From a virus (Duplodnaviria > Caudoviricetes), in the IMG/VR virus record IMGVR_UViG_3300012145_000009, positions 1 to 26,501 of that record: a DNA stretch of 26,501 nucleotides, one strand, 5' to 3'. The translations under genes were made by a program, and so were the position numbers. The notes under the pieces were generated by a model, which saw only the letters and a program-made list of their open reading frames with translations, did not search any database and was not told the DNA's origin. Of the stretch, positions 18,503 to 26,501 are shown piece after piece. The number at the start of each line of letters is the position of its first letter. Within the stretch, counting starts at the first letter, position 1.

Positions 18503-18676
18503 GCAATGTTTAGTGATATGATGACACTAACACCTCTAAACACAGAACCAACAGATCCTGTAAACGGAATGATGGTTATTGCAGACGGCACAGGATGGGA
18601 TCCTGCTGCAAATGGTAAAAACACATTAGTAGTATACTTAGGCGGCGCATGGGTAACAGTTGCAGCAGCAGCATAA
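15593..18676 (+). CDS. Tail-fibre-like virion protein, 1027 aa
   Basis: G/T/A/N-rich beta-structure, fibre-type motifs (GNLTVSGTTTTVNT, AGIEIDRG, EGDVIYNITT) and four GSVxADDS repeats. ATG 15593 is preferred over TTG 15587. Confidence 0.8.
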   Translation: MANRFPLVLDADAGNKIKELPSGDNLNLRESSIVNVQDITALGTINAADITVNGNRLVAQAFADLTDTPNSFVGAADYFVKVKEDGTGLEFRPFSDIGNIEVERIEVSEIILPTVDNTVDIGTDALGFRRVTATEFKGDLLTNNETKVFDAVTGFISYAALQGAPQFLSEFTDDIGFLRTEDLDDALGGLFDQGVPFATDIKGSVFADDSTAIVDGVAGVIRGDTEYVGTGFIRGQTVVILADGYVQLGQTEILTTIEPETNGEGSIGTESRRFGNGYFDTINVPTVQTESVQTGLGLGIGSISSSTDISLTAGNRVKIDGAVPFRFASVTTAEQLAIGAQEGDVIYNITTSRLQMYQGSAWKDVNGNVEATTGTSNFNDVVVTGNLTVSGTTTTVNTTNTTISDNVIVLNSGESGAGVTNTTAGIEIDRGTVSNVSFVYNDSVDKWTLGSETLVAGTFEATTSVSTVGLTASIISNISGGGPLQIKSGVDGDTGNGILINPYGSDTYIQSQAETHFWGTGPYLDAGPNPYVQFKTAGAFEAKAGAYFVGNLTGDVVGSVFADDSAVMVDAVNNELTADKVNTQTVEGTSLILLSQSGVNITASTSALMRSLDGDFTIDATGGLAQLTGNGGNASVAVNGDTGQITIGSTHSVTLLGAAGAAVNIGTGTSGTVTLGNGTNTVDFASGSTADFTGATVTGLAANVTGNIDNTALTIGASAATSIAIGNAGSTTTINGTVNLPALIAGEITADNSISITTATGDGNAISIGPQGTNTFVNLTANNIRFFGPIVRNIEAQAGITGDLKGSVVADDSTVMIDGQSGTITGPVVSNSISGTVVKATTIENYTTDDLAINVDGFININAGTDDSGLSKIQMDQTGINYIELTTEPKTPGNPADVANIAINATASSGDVIIGTTGSTRSQAVTIHNATVNGTLEGNANGAHTGTLIGDVVGSIFADDSSVMVDAINFAMFSDMMTLTPLNTEPTDPVNGMMVIADGTGWDPAANGKNTLVVYLGGAWVTVAAAA

Positions 18677-18690
18677 TATAGGAAAATAAA

Positions 18691-20934
18691 ATGAGTGAAC
18701 AAGAATATATTGTAAGTTTAAACAAAGGCGTAGACTACGCTGCATTTAACGCAGAAATGATTGCTGCTACAGGCGCTGGTGCAATTCCCAGTAGAGATGT
18801 TACAGTTGCCAATGCACGCCCAGCATCACAGCGTAATACACATTACATGTTAACTGATCTAGAAGCAGACGTACTGCGTACTGATCCTAGAGTGTATGGT
18901 GTAACACTGCTACCAGAATTAGATTCTAGTTTAGGAATTGGTACTCGTGCTGTACAAGTAGGCAATTTTACAAAAACTACATTAGATCGAGGTGATTTTT
19001 TAAATTGGGGGATGCGTAGAATTAACGAAGCAACAAATCCTTATACAGATTTAACTGTTACAGGCGGTTATAATTATACATTAGATGCTACAGGTGTTGA
19101 TGTTGTTATTATGGACAGCGGTATACAAGCAGATCATCCAGAATTTCAAGATGCTAACGGTGTGAGCAGAGTACAGCAAATTGATTGGACTACTGCTAGC
19201 GGCATTGCAGGAATGCCTGCTCAAAATGCAAACTATTATAGAGACTTTGACGGACATGGTACACATGTTGCAGGCACAGTAGCAGGCAAGACATATGGCT
19301 GGGCTAAGAACGCTAGGATTTATAGTTTAAAACTTAGTGGATTAGAAGGTCCTGGCGATAGCGGGACTGGTACTAGTACCACATACGCTTTTGATTGCAT
19401 TAAGGAATGGCATCTTGCAAAGCCGGTGGACCCTACAACCGGTGTCAAGCGTCCTACAATAGTAAATATGAGTTGGGGATATTTAAGATATTATAATACT
19501 GTTACTAATCTTACATATCGTGGCGTTTTAAAAACAGGTACAGATATTGACACTACTGCTAAACGTTGGGCATTTGGTCTACCCCCTGTAAGTGGCGGGG
19601 TCGGCGGCACATTCGCTACTAATGTTAGAGCACCATCAGCAGATACAGACTTACAAGAATTAATTGATGCTGGTGTACACGTTACAATTGCAGCAGGTAA
19701 TAGAAGTCACAAAATTGATGTAGTGGGCGGAGATGATTACAGTAACTTTATTGCAGCAGATACAGGATCAGTAGAGTATCAAAAAGGATCAAGTCCGTAC
19801 GATGAGGAAGCACATATTGTCGGTAACATAGACAGCGTAGAACACGTAGGCGGCCTAGAACAAAAAGCAGTAAGTTCGGAAACGGGACCAGGAGTAAGTG
19901 TTTATGCTCCAGGAACAGATATTATGAGCGCAATGAGCACTACTAATGTATTTGGTGCTACTACTCTTAACAATCCTTACCCTGCAAACTCTGACTTCTT
20001 AATTAATAATATTACCGGAACATCAATGGCTAGCCCACAAGTTGCAGGTATGCTAGCATTGTGGTTGCAGATTAATCCTAATTCAACCCCTGCACAAGCA
20101 CTAGCACATATTAATACTACTGCAAAAACAGCACAGATATATGATACAGTTAGTAGTGTAGATTATACTGATACACGAAGTTTGTTAGGCAGTAATAATA
20201 GATTTACATTTAATAAGTTTAATAGTGCAGTACAGTTAACATTAGGTACTACAGCAGTCAGTGAAGAAGCACCTCCTGCGGCTGCTCCGTCGCCGACCTA
20301 TGCAGTAACCCCGGCAGCTAACAATATTAACGAAGGAAGTGCATTAGTATTTAATATCACTACAACTAACGTAGCAGATGCAACTACTCTCTACTGGAGT
20401 GTTACTAATGCAGGAGATTTTGGTACTAGCTCAGGTAGTTTTGTAATTAACAGCAATGCTGGAACATTTACAGTAACTCCATCTGCTGACGCTTCAACTG
20501 AAGGGCCAGAAACATTTACTGTGAGTATTAGAACTGATAGTGTAAGTGGTACTGTTGTAGCAACATCCTCAAATATTACTATTAATGATACTAGTACTAC
20601 GCCTGCCCCCACCGCAGATTACACAATTAATGTTGTAAACAATGGCGCTAGTGCTTATACACTAACTGGTAATGATAGAAACGGTTCAGTCAGCGGAGAT
20701 AACCAAGCCTTGGCATTTAACAACGGTGATGTTGTAGACTTTGTAGTCAATGCCAGCGGACATCCGTTTTATGTTAAGACAGCGGCAGTTACAGGCACAG
20801 GCAGCACTGCAACTGGTGTAACTAATAACGGCGCACAAATTGGAACAGTTCAATGGACAGTTGGTAGCAGTGGTACATTCTATTACATCTGTCAATTCCA
20901 TAGCTCAATGGTTGGTACGATCACAGCTTCATAA
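18691..20934 (+). CDS. Subtilisin-like (S8) serine protease with C-terminal Ig/Calx-beta-like and cupredoxin-like domains, 747 aa
   Basis: Catalytic triad VVIMDSG (D142), GHGTHVAG (H189), GTSMASP (S445), oxyanion AAGN; C-terminal GHPFY...YYICQFHSSM. Confidence 0.9.
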   Translation: MSEQEYIVSLNKGVDYAAFNAEMIAATGAGAIPSRDVTVANARPASQRNTHYMLTDLEADVLRTDPRVYGVTLLPELDSSLGIGTRAVQVGNFTKTTLDRGDFLNWGMRRINEATNPYTDLTVTGGYNYTLDATGVDVVIMDSGIQADHPEFQDANGVSRVQQIDWTTASGIAGMPAQNANYYRDFDGHGTHVAGTVAGKTYGWAKNARIYSLKLSGLEGPGDSGTGTSTTYAFDCIKEWHLAKPVDPTTGVKRPTIVNMSWGYLRYYNTVTNLTYRGVLKTGTDIDTTAKRWAFGLPPVSGGVGGTFATNVRAPSADTDLQELIDAGVHVTIAAGNRSHKIDVVGGDDYSNFIAADTGSVEYQKGSSPYDEEAHIVGNIDSVEHVGGLEQKAVSSETGPGVSVYAPGTDIMSAMSTTNVFGATTLNNPYPANSDFLINNITGTSMASPQVAGMLALWLQINPNSTPAQALAHINTTAKTAQIYDTVSSVDYTDTRSLLGSNNRFTFNKFNSAVQLTLGTTAVSEEAPPAAAPSPTYAVTPAANNINEGSALVFNITTTNVADATTLYWSVTNAGDFGTSSGSFVINSNAGTFTVTPSADASTEGPETFTVSIRTDSVSGTVVATSSNITINDTSTTPAPTADYTINVVNNGASAYTLTGNDRNGSVSGDNQALAFNNGDVVDFVVNASGHPFYVKTAAVTGTGSTATGVTNNGAQIGTVQWTVGSSGTFYYICQFHSSMVGTITAS

Positions 20935-20946
20935 TAGGAAACAAAG

Positions 20947-21639
20947 ATGGCAATACAATTAATCAATATAGGTCAAATAGCAAACGACGGAACTGGTGAC
21001 GATCTTCGTGAAGCAATGGTCAAAATCAATCAAAACTTTGAAGAACTTGATCTACGTGATGATGAGCAGACCACTGCTAGTAACTTAGGCGCAGTGGGCG
21101 AAGGTGTATTTTTTAATCGTGTAAACTACGACCTACAGTTTAAGAAAATAGCAGGCGGCGATAATATCACACTGTCGGCTGACAATGAGAAAATCGTAAT
21201 CAATGCGTCAAATGTGGTTACTGACATTACTGTAAACGCAGACAGCGGCAGTGTTGTCCTTGATACCAGTGCTAGTCTAACTATTGTAGGTGGTGCTGGT
21301 ATTAGTACCAGCATTAACAACAGTGTTCTAACAATTACCAACGAATATGTATCAGAGATAGTAGAAGATACTACTCCTCAACTGGGTGGCGATTTAGATG
21401 CGCAGGGATTTAATATATTAAATCTAGGAACTGCTACTGGCAGTTTTGTAGGTAATTTAACTGGAAATGTAAACGGTGTTGATCCAGCTGCTACAGCGTA
21501 TTATTTTAATAACATAGACCTAGGCAATATCAGCTTAACCATTACTAATATAATAGATTTGTTAGCTGCTACTGTAGATGTCGATCAAGGAACATACGGA
21601 AATCCAGCAGCGTTTAACATAGATCTAGGTTCAATCTGA
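20947..21639 (+). CDS. Virion structural protein with gp9/gp10-type N-terminus, 230 aa
   Basis: MAIQLINIGQIANDGTGDDLREAMVKINQNFEEL; DTTPQLGGDLD fibre motif. Confidence 0.85.
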   Translation: MAIQLINIGQIANDGTGDDLREAMVKINQNFEELDLRDDEQTTASNLGAVGEGVFFNRVNYDLQFKKIAGGDNITLSADNEKIVINASNVVTDITVNADSGSVVLDTSASLTIVGGAGISTSINNSVLTITNEYVSEIVEDTTPQLGGDLDAQGFNILNLGTATGSFVGNLTGNVNGVDPAATAYYFNNIDLGNISLTITNIIDLLAATVDVDQGTYGNPAAFNIDLGSI

Positions 21640-21645
21640 TATTCC

Positions 21646-21653
21646 GATAAATA
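21646..21653 (+). promoter_or_regulatory. Late-type promoter GATAAATA
   Basis: Intergenic, upstream of SD AAGGA and ATG 21676. Confidence 0.7.
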
Positions 21654-21675
21654 CGTTGTATAAGGAATATGGCGA

Positions 21676-24600
21676 ATGAGTCAAGATACTATTAACTCTA
21701 ATCTATGGAGCATAAGTTCAGGTTCGAGATTGACCACACTGATAGAAAGAAGTGTAGTGGAACTGATTCTTCCTCTGGCCAATGTCAACGGGCTAGAATT
21801 AGAAATTATCAGTGGCGAATTGCCTACCGGTACTAGACTAGAAAATAATCGAATAGTAGGCACTGTGTATGAAGTTGCGTTCAACAGAACATTTACTGTG
21901 GTGCTGAGAGCTGTCTATCAAGATCAATTTGAAGATAGAACTATAGAAATAGCTGTTACTGGGCCTGATGATCCACAGTGGCTAACTAACCCAGGTCTAC
22001 TACCTGTGGGTCCCAACGATACACTTTATGTGCTGGACAACGAATTAATCGACTTTCAACTGATTGCTACAGATACTGATTTACCCGCGGGTGACATTCT
22101 CAGCTACTTTATTGCCAACGATGATGGAGAACTGCCGCCGGGCATAACATTAACAGAAGACGGCAGACTTTTTGGTATTGTAGAGCCTTTGTTGAGTTTG
22201 GACAAGCGTTTTCAAGCTGGCGGGTATGACCGTGCCCCTTACGGTAGATTGCCCGCAGACTATGGTATATTAAGTTCTAACGGATTTAGCAGTTTCTTTT
22301 ACGATACACAAGATTATGACTACAATGAGCCAACTGCTAATCCACGCAAGCTGAACAGATATTATCCGTTTGCGGTAACTGTAACAGATGGTGACACTTT
22401 TGTACGTAGAGAGTTTAGAATATACGTAGTGGGCGATGATTATCTCAAAGCAGATAACACTATTATGCAGTCAAGCACAGGTGTTTTCCGTGCTGACGCT
22501 ACTAATGTAAGAACTCCAACTTGGTTAACGCCCGGCGATCTAGGATTTAAACGTGCTAATAACTATGTAACACTGTACCTAGACGTTATAGATAATCCTA
22601 CACTGGAAGGTGTTATAACATTTACATTAGAAAGTGTTAACAATGACTCATCACCTAGCGAATTACCTCCAGGGCTGAGCCTAGACAGTCAAACTGGTGA
22701 AATTGTTGGCTATGTTCCTTATCAACCTGCTATTACCACAGACTATAAATTCACAGTCAGAGTCACTAGAATAACCACAGACCTTGAAGTTGTTGAGATA
22801 TTTGCTAACTTTTTTGAAGACACACTGCTGGGAAAGAATAGTTTTAAAATATTTAAAGTAGATCTTACTGGCAACATAGACGGAGTACAGGATCTATTTG
22901 ATCTTATCGGTAGAGACATCCTGTTAGGACGTAGACAATATCGTGTGATCAACGTGGACAGTAGAAACAGTGATTACGATATTATATTCCTAGATCAAAC
23001 ACTAGCACCCAGCATCAGCTTATTGTTGAGTAGGACTGCCACTACAGGTCAAGATCATATGTTTGTTCAAAGGCTAACAGAATCTGAAAAAGAAAAATAC
23101 AACAAGCGAGTATTGCGTTTTGAAGAAAATGAAACTTATATCATAGATTCGATTACACCGTATATTGAATATGAAGTTGCTCAACTAGATCCGGTTAACG
23201 ACGAAATATATCCCAGTGGTGCTCCACAAAATATACAGGTTAACGAAAACTATTTTGTAGGTGATTATGTTGTTTATACTACTGAATCGGGAGGCAATGG
23301 ATTTATCTATAGATGTGTACTAAGTCACAGTGTTACACCTCAACTGGACCAAGATGACAATCTAGTATTAGACCAAGATGGCAATATACAAATCAACTTT
23401 ATTTTAGCTAACTGGACACAGGTTGCTGAAACACTTGATGAACTAAGTCTTGCTGATAGGCTAACTGCTACCAAACAGTCATTGGAAAACGAATACGGCG
23501 GCACAGCTTACGTTGAAGTAGTTGACCGCACACGCTGGCGTATACGTGTGCCCAGCACAGCTAGAAGCAGAGTAATTTCCAACATCAGAAGTTTCTTTTT
23601 AACATTGGGTGACAGTGGAGAGATTCGTGTAGCATTGCTGAGAGACAACGAAGATAGAATACAGTTTGATAAAAATCTTTCAAGGCAATTAAATCAAGGT
23701 CGTAATATTGGCATTGCTCTGTTTAGAAATGACTTCTTTAGCGAAACCTTAGTAGTAGCAGATCGTGATGATGTGTACATTCCCAGCACAACCAAAACTT
23801 TTGATCTGCGTGTGATTGGCGAGATTGACACCAACATCAGCTGGATTACTCCTATAGATCTGGGCACAATAAATGCTAACTTTGTCAGTACACTAAAGGT
23901 TGAAGCTGAAACCACAGTACCAGATACAAAAATGATCTACACTCTAAAGCGTGGACACTTGCCCAACGGTATGACACTGCGTTACGATGGCGAAATTATA
24001 GGTTTCGCAAGACAGTTTGCCAACAATGATGGCTTAGGGCTTACTACGTTTGATAACAAAACAGTTTCGTGGGATGGTAGTTTGCCGGGCGATACTACAT
24101 TCGACAGAGAGTATAGATTTACTGTAGAAGCACGTGATAGATTCGGTTACACTGCGATAGAAAGACAGTTTATTCTCAAAATAGAAGACCTAGATGATGT
24201 AGAGTACACTGACATCTATATGAGACCTATGCTCAAGGATGCTGAAAGAACTATATACAGAAACTTTATCAGCAACCCTGATGTATTTGAACCCGGCAGA
24301 ATTTATAGACTGGGCGATCCAGCGTTTGGTATTCAAAAGAATCTTGACATGTTGGTCTATGCTGGTATAGAATCTAAAAGTGTAGGCAACTTTGTATCTG
24401 CCTCAGCAAAGAATCACCGTAGAAAACAGTATGCTCTGGGAGAATTTAAAACTGCTGTTGCTAGAGAGCCTGGCACAGATGAAACTGTATATGAAGTTGT
24501 GTATATAGAAGTCAAAGATTTTGCTCAAAGCACCAAAGGCAAGACTGCCAGCAGCTTTAAAATAAACACACAGAATCGAATCACTGTTGACAGTTTACTC

Positions 24601-25212
24601 TATGCTGCTAAAGATGATGTAACCAAAACAGGTGCTGGATATGACGCACTGCCTATATACGGACGTGGCGGATATGTGAGATTTATATTTGCCGAAAATG
24701 ACGAACTGGTAATAGAAACTAGAGACGGTGATATTGAACTGAACGTAGACAACGCTGATTTTGAATTAGAACTGTTCAACACCAGCGATGTTACTGTGAC
24801 ACTTGAAAGAAGTGACAGTGAACCACAGCGTATTAGACCAAACCCTGCCAATACTATTAAAGCAGACAGCAATGCTATCAAAGTAAGCCACAGCAAAGAC
24901 AACGTAAGATACAGATCAAGCATAGAACACATGCAAGACAACATCGAATCTGTAGGTAAAAAAGAAAGAAACTATCTACCGCTGTGGATGCGTACACCAC
25001 AGAACGGATTTCAAGAACTTGATTATGTGACTGCTATACCAGTTTGCTATTGTAAGCCAGGTGAAGGTACTAGAATTTTAGCTAACATTAAAAACAACGC
25101 ATTTGATCAAAAATCTATCAACTACGACATTGATAGATATATAATAAAAAGAACAGAAGGCGTACAACAGGAACAATTTATTCTGTTCGCAAATTATCAA
25201 TTTAACATATAA
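21676..25212 (+). CDS. Large virion (baseplate-like) protein with putative Ig-like (He_PIG-type) repeats, 1178 aa
   Basis: Four LPxG-x-x-L...G motifs near 21811, 22123, 22660 and 23953, each followed by F-x-V strands; late promoter upstream. Confidence 0.75.
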   Translation: MSQDTINSNLWSISSGSRLTTLIERSVVELILPLANVNGLELEIISGELPTGTRLENNRIVGTVYEVAFNRTFTVVLRAVYQDQFEDRTIEIAVTGPDDPQWLTNPGLLPVGPNDTLYVLDNELIDFQLIATDTDLPAGDILSYFIANDDGELPPGITLTEDGRLFGIVEPLLSLDKRFQAGGYDRAPYGRLPADYGILSSNGFSSFFYDTQDYDYNEPTANPRKLNRYYPFAVTVTDGDTFVRREFRIYVVGDDYLKADNTIMQSSTGVFRADATNVRTPTWLTPGDLGFKRANNYVTLYLDVIDNPTLEGVITFTLESVNNDSSPSELPPGLSLDSQTGEIVGYVPYQPAITTDYKFTVRVTRITTDLEVVEIFANFFEDTLLGKNSFKIFKVDLTGNIDGVQDLFDLIGRDILLGRRQYRVINVDSRNSDYDIIFLDQTLAPSISLLLSRTATTGQDHMFVQRLTESEKEKYNKRVLRFEENETYIIDSITPYIEYEVAQLDPVNDEIYPSGAPQNIQVNENYFVGDYVVYTTESGGNGFIYRCVLSHSVTPQLDQDDNLVLDQDGNIQINFILANWTQVAETLDELSLADRLTATKQSLENEYGGTAYVEVVDRTRWRIRVPSTARSRVISNIRSFFLTLGDSGEIRVALLRDNEDRIQFDKNLSRQLNQGRNIGIALFRNDFFSETLVVADRDDVYIPSTTKTFDLRVIGEIDTNISWITPIDLGTINANFVSTLKVEAETTVPDTKMIYTLKRGHLPNGMTLRYDGEIIGFARQFANNDGLGLTTFDNKTVSWDGSLPGDTTFDREYRFTVEARDRFGYTAIERQFILKIEDLDDVEYTDIYMRPMLKDAERTIYRNFISNPDVFEPGRIYRLGDPAFGIQKNLDMLVYAGIESKSVGNFVSASAKNHRRKQYALGEFKTAVAREPGTDETVYEVVYIEVKDFAQSTKGKTASSFKINTQNRITVDSLLYAAKDDVTKTGAGYDALPIYGRGGYVRFIFAENDELVIETRDGDIELNVDNADFELELFNTSDVTVTLERSDSEPQRIRPNPANTIKADSNAIKVSHSKDNVRYRSSIEHMQDNIESVGKKERNYLPLWMRTPQNGFQELDYVTAIPVCYCKPGEGTRILANIKNNAFDQKSINYDIDRYIIKRTEGVQQEQFILFANYQFNI

Positions 25213-25216
25213 CAGC

Positions 25217-25224
25217 AATAAATA
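25217..25224 (+). promoter_or_regulatory. Late-type promoter AATAAATA
   Basis: Intergenic, upstream of SD AAGGA and ATG 25246. Confidence 0.65.
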
Positions 25225-25245
25225 TGTTTATAACAAGGAAAACAA

Positions 25246-25851
25246 ATGACTAGTCAGATCATAAGTGAAACAATCGATGGAGCATATCCAGTAGCAGGTA
25301 TTGACAACGATACACAGGGGTTTCGTGATAACTTTAGCATTATCAAAACAGGAATAGCTACAGCAGCTAGTGAAATTACACAGCTACAAAATTCAACTGC
25401 TAAATTAGATGAAGAAAATGATTTCAATGGTACTACCATAGCCGATGCAAATCTTGCTTTAACTACGGAAAAATATTTCAATGCTGGTACTAAAACCAGC
25501 GGGGACAATATCAGTTTCCTAAATGGTCATTATCAAAGTATTGCACTAAACCTAAACGATAATGCCAATCCTGGCACAATCAATTTTGCTCTAGCAGACT
25601 GGCCACAACGTGACGGCTATGCTAAAATCACTGTTGAATTCAAAGGCAGCGCCGCTGACGGTGACGCTAGTGTTATACACACTGTGACTCTTACTGTAGA
25701 AGGTGGCGGCGTTCTTAAAAAATCAGCTAATTTTCCTGCGTCGTTGACTGTAGACAGTGTGACCAATAGAGACAACCCTGTGATTGTAGAATTTTGGACA
25801 GTGAATCAAGGCAACACAGTGTATGCCAATTACCTAGGTGTGTTTACATGA
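25246..25851 (+). CDS. Putative virion structural protein, 201 aa
   Basis: Late promoter and SD; N-terminal YPVAGIDNDTQGFRDNF plus coiled coil, beta-rich C-terminus. Confidence 0.75.
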   Translation: MTSQIISETIDGAYPVAGIDNDTQGFRDNFSIIKTGIATAASEITQLQNSTAKLDEENDFNGTTIADANLALTTEKYFNAGTKTSGDNISFLNGHYQSIALNLNDNANPGTINFALADWPQRDGYAKITVEFKGSAADGDASVIHTVTLTVEGGGVLKKSANFPASLTVDSVTNRDNPVIVEFWTVNQGNTVYANYLGVFT

Positions 25852-26093
25852 TAAACCCTTTGATAGATAACCTATCATCCTTTACAGACATTCAGTTGGA
25901 GGCCAAAGTAATGGAACTCCAACGCAAATTCTTTCAATCACAAAATCCACAAGTAAAATCACAGATAGTAAATATATTAGAGATTTACAAGATTGAACTA
26001 TATTCAAGACGAGATATTGCTGCTCAACGTCAAAGAGAACAATATCAAGATAATGGCGGAAATGATCTTGACAGTTTAATTAATATCAGTTAA
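25848..26093 (+). CDS. Hypothetical helical protein, 81 aa
   Basis: ATGA overlap with the upstream stop supports a start at 25848 rather than 25794. Confidence 0.75.
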   Translation: MINPLIDNLSSFTDIQLEAKVMELQRKFFQSQNPQVKSQIVNILEIYKIELYSRRDIAAQRQREQYQDNGGNDLDSLINIS

Positions 26094-26096
26094 ACT
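26068..26096 (+). promoter_or_regulatory. sigma70-type promoter, probably leaderless
   Basis: TTGACA (26068-73), 17 nt, TAAACT (26091-96); ATG at 26103 sits at the expected start site. Confidence 0.65.
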
Positions 26097-26102
26097 ACAT
26101 AT

Positions 26103-26501
26103 ATGCTAATGAAAACAGACGAACTAGGTATCCTACGCTTTACGAACCGTGATCTGATAGATATGATCTACAGTGGCAACATTGGCAAGTGCCACGTGGT
26201 CCTCTGCGATCCTAGTGATGATGTAGAACAGTTCAACCGTGCTATGGAAGCACAAGGCTTTGATACGCTACAAACATATATTCCTTTAGATGTAGATCAA
26301 AAGACTTTTGACGGTGTGTGCCAATCAGAGTGGTTTATGCCCGACGAATACAAGCGGATTGACGTAGATGATTGGTGTATGCGCAAAATAATGACGATGA
26401 AAAATGCTACTGATCCAATGTCTGTACTTTATTCAATAGAATATGAGCGAGCATACGAAGAACTTAAAGAGTTTGACGAACGTGGAATGTACAATCTGCT
26501 A
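26103..26501 (+). CDS. Probable DNA polymerase III alpha (DnaE)-like fragment, 5' part, truncated by the window end
   Basis: Open frame to the edge: MLMKTDELG...WFMPDEYKRID...ERAYEELKEFDERGMYNLL. This resembles the helix that precedes the GRGS palm motif of DnaE; the diagnostic motif is outside the window. Confidence 0.55.
   Translation, partial: MLMKTDELGILRFTNRDLIDMIYSGNIGKCHVVLCDPSDDVEQFNRAMEAQGFDTLQTYIPLDVDQKTFDGVCQSEWFMPDEYKRIDVDDWCMRKIMTMKNATDPMSVLYSIEYERAYEELKEFDERGMYNLL

Noticed and set aside
7287-25508. Many 60-180 aa minus-strand ORFs antisense to the structural genes
   Set aside because: They are shadow frames of long G/T/A/N-rich plus-strand genes, with no evident SD, promoter or recognisable motif.
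1-26501. Stop-codon reassignment, as seen in some large phages
   Set aside because: Genes are long and tile the window under the standard code; TAA, TGA and TAG all end genes at sensible positions.
1-26501. CRISPR array, tRNA, intron or intein
   Set aside because: No regularly spaced repeats or cloverleaf, no intergenic space large enough, and no intein terminal motifs were noticed by eye.

Overview
This window is a gene-dense, AT-rich segment of a large tailed dsDNA bacteriophage, probably a T4-like or jumbo myovirus, read in the standard genetic code. The left ~7 kb is an accessory region: conserved hypotheticals, a Maf/MptE/Cst-II-like ORF, a divergent queD, a GT-A glycosyltransferase, the UV endonuclease uvsE, several very small ORFs, a Zn-finger protein and iscA. 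From 7.1 to 26.1 kb is a late virion-structural block. It contains a 2611-aa baseplate/tailspike-like protein with a C-terminal autocleaving chaperone, T4 gp9/gp10-type N-terminal paralogues, a 1027-aa fibre-like protein, a subtilisin-cupredoxin fusion and an Ig-repeat protein. The window ends in the 5' part of a probable PHP-less DnaE fragment. Two promoter classes are visible: sigma70-type TTGACA-17-TAnnnT, and T4-late-type (T/G/C/A)ATAAATA. The most striking unexplained element is a compact pseudoknot plus SD-sequestering RNA leader, a candidate riboswitch, directly upstream of the atypical queD. All family assignments come from motif recognition by eye; no searches were run.
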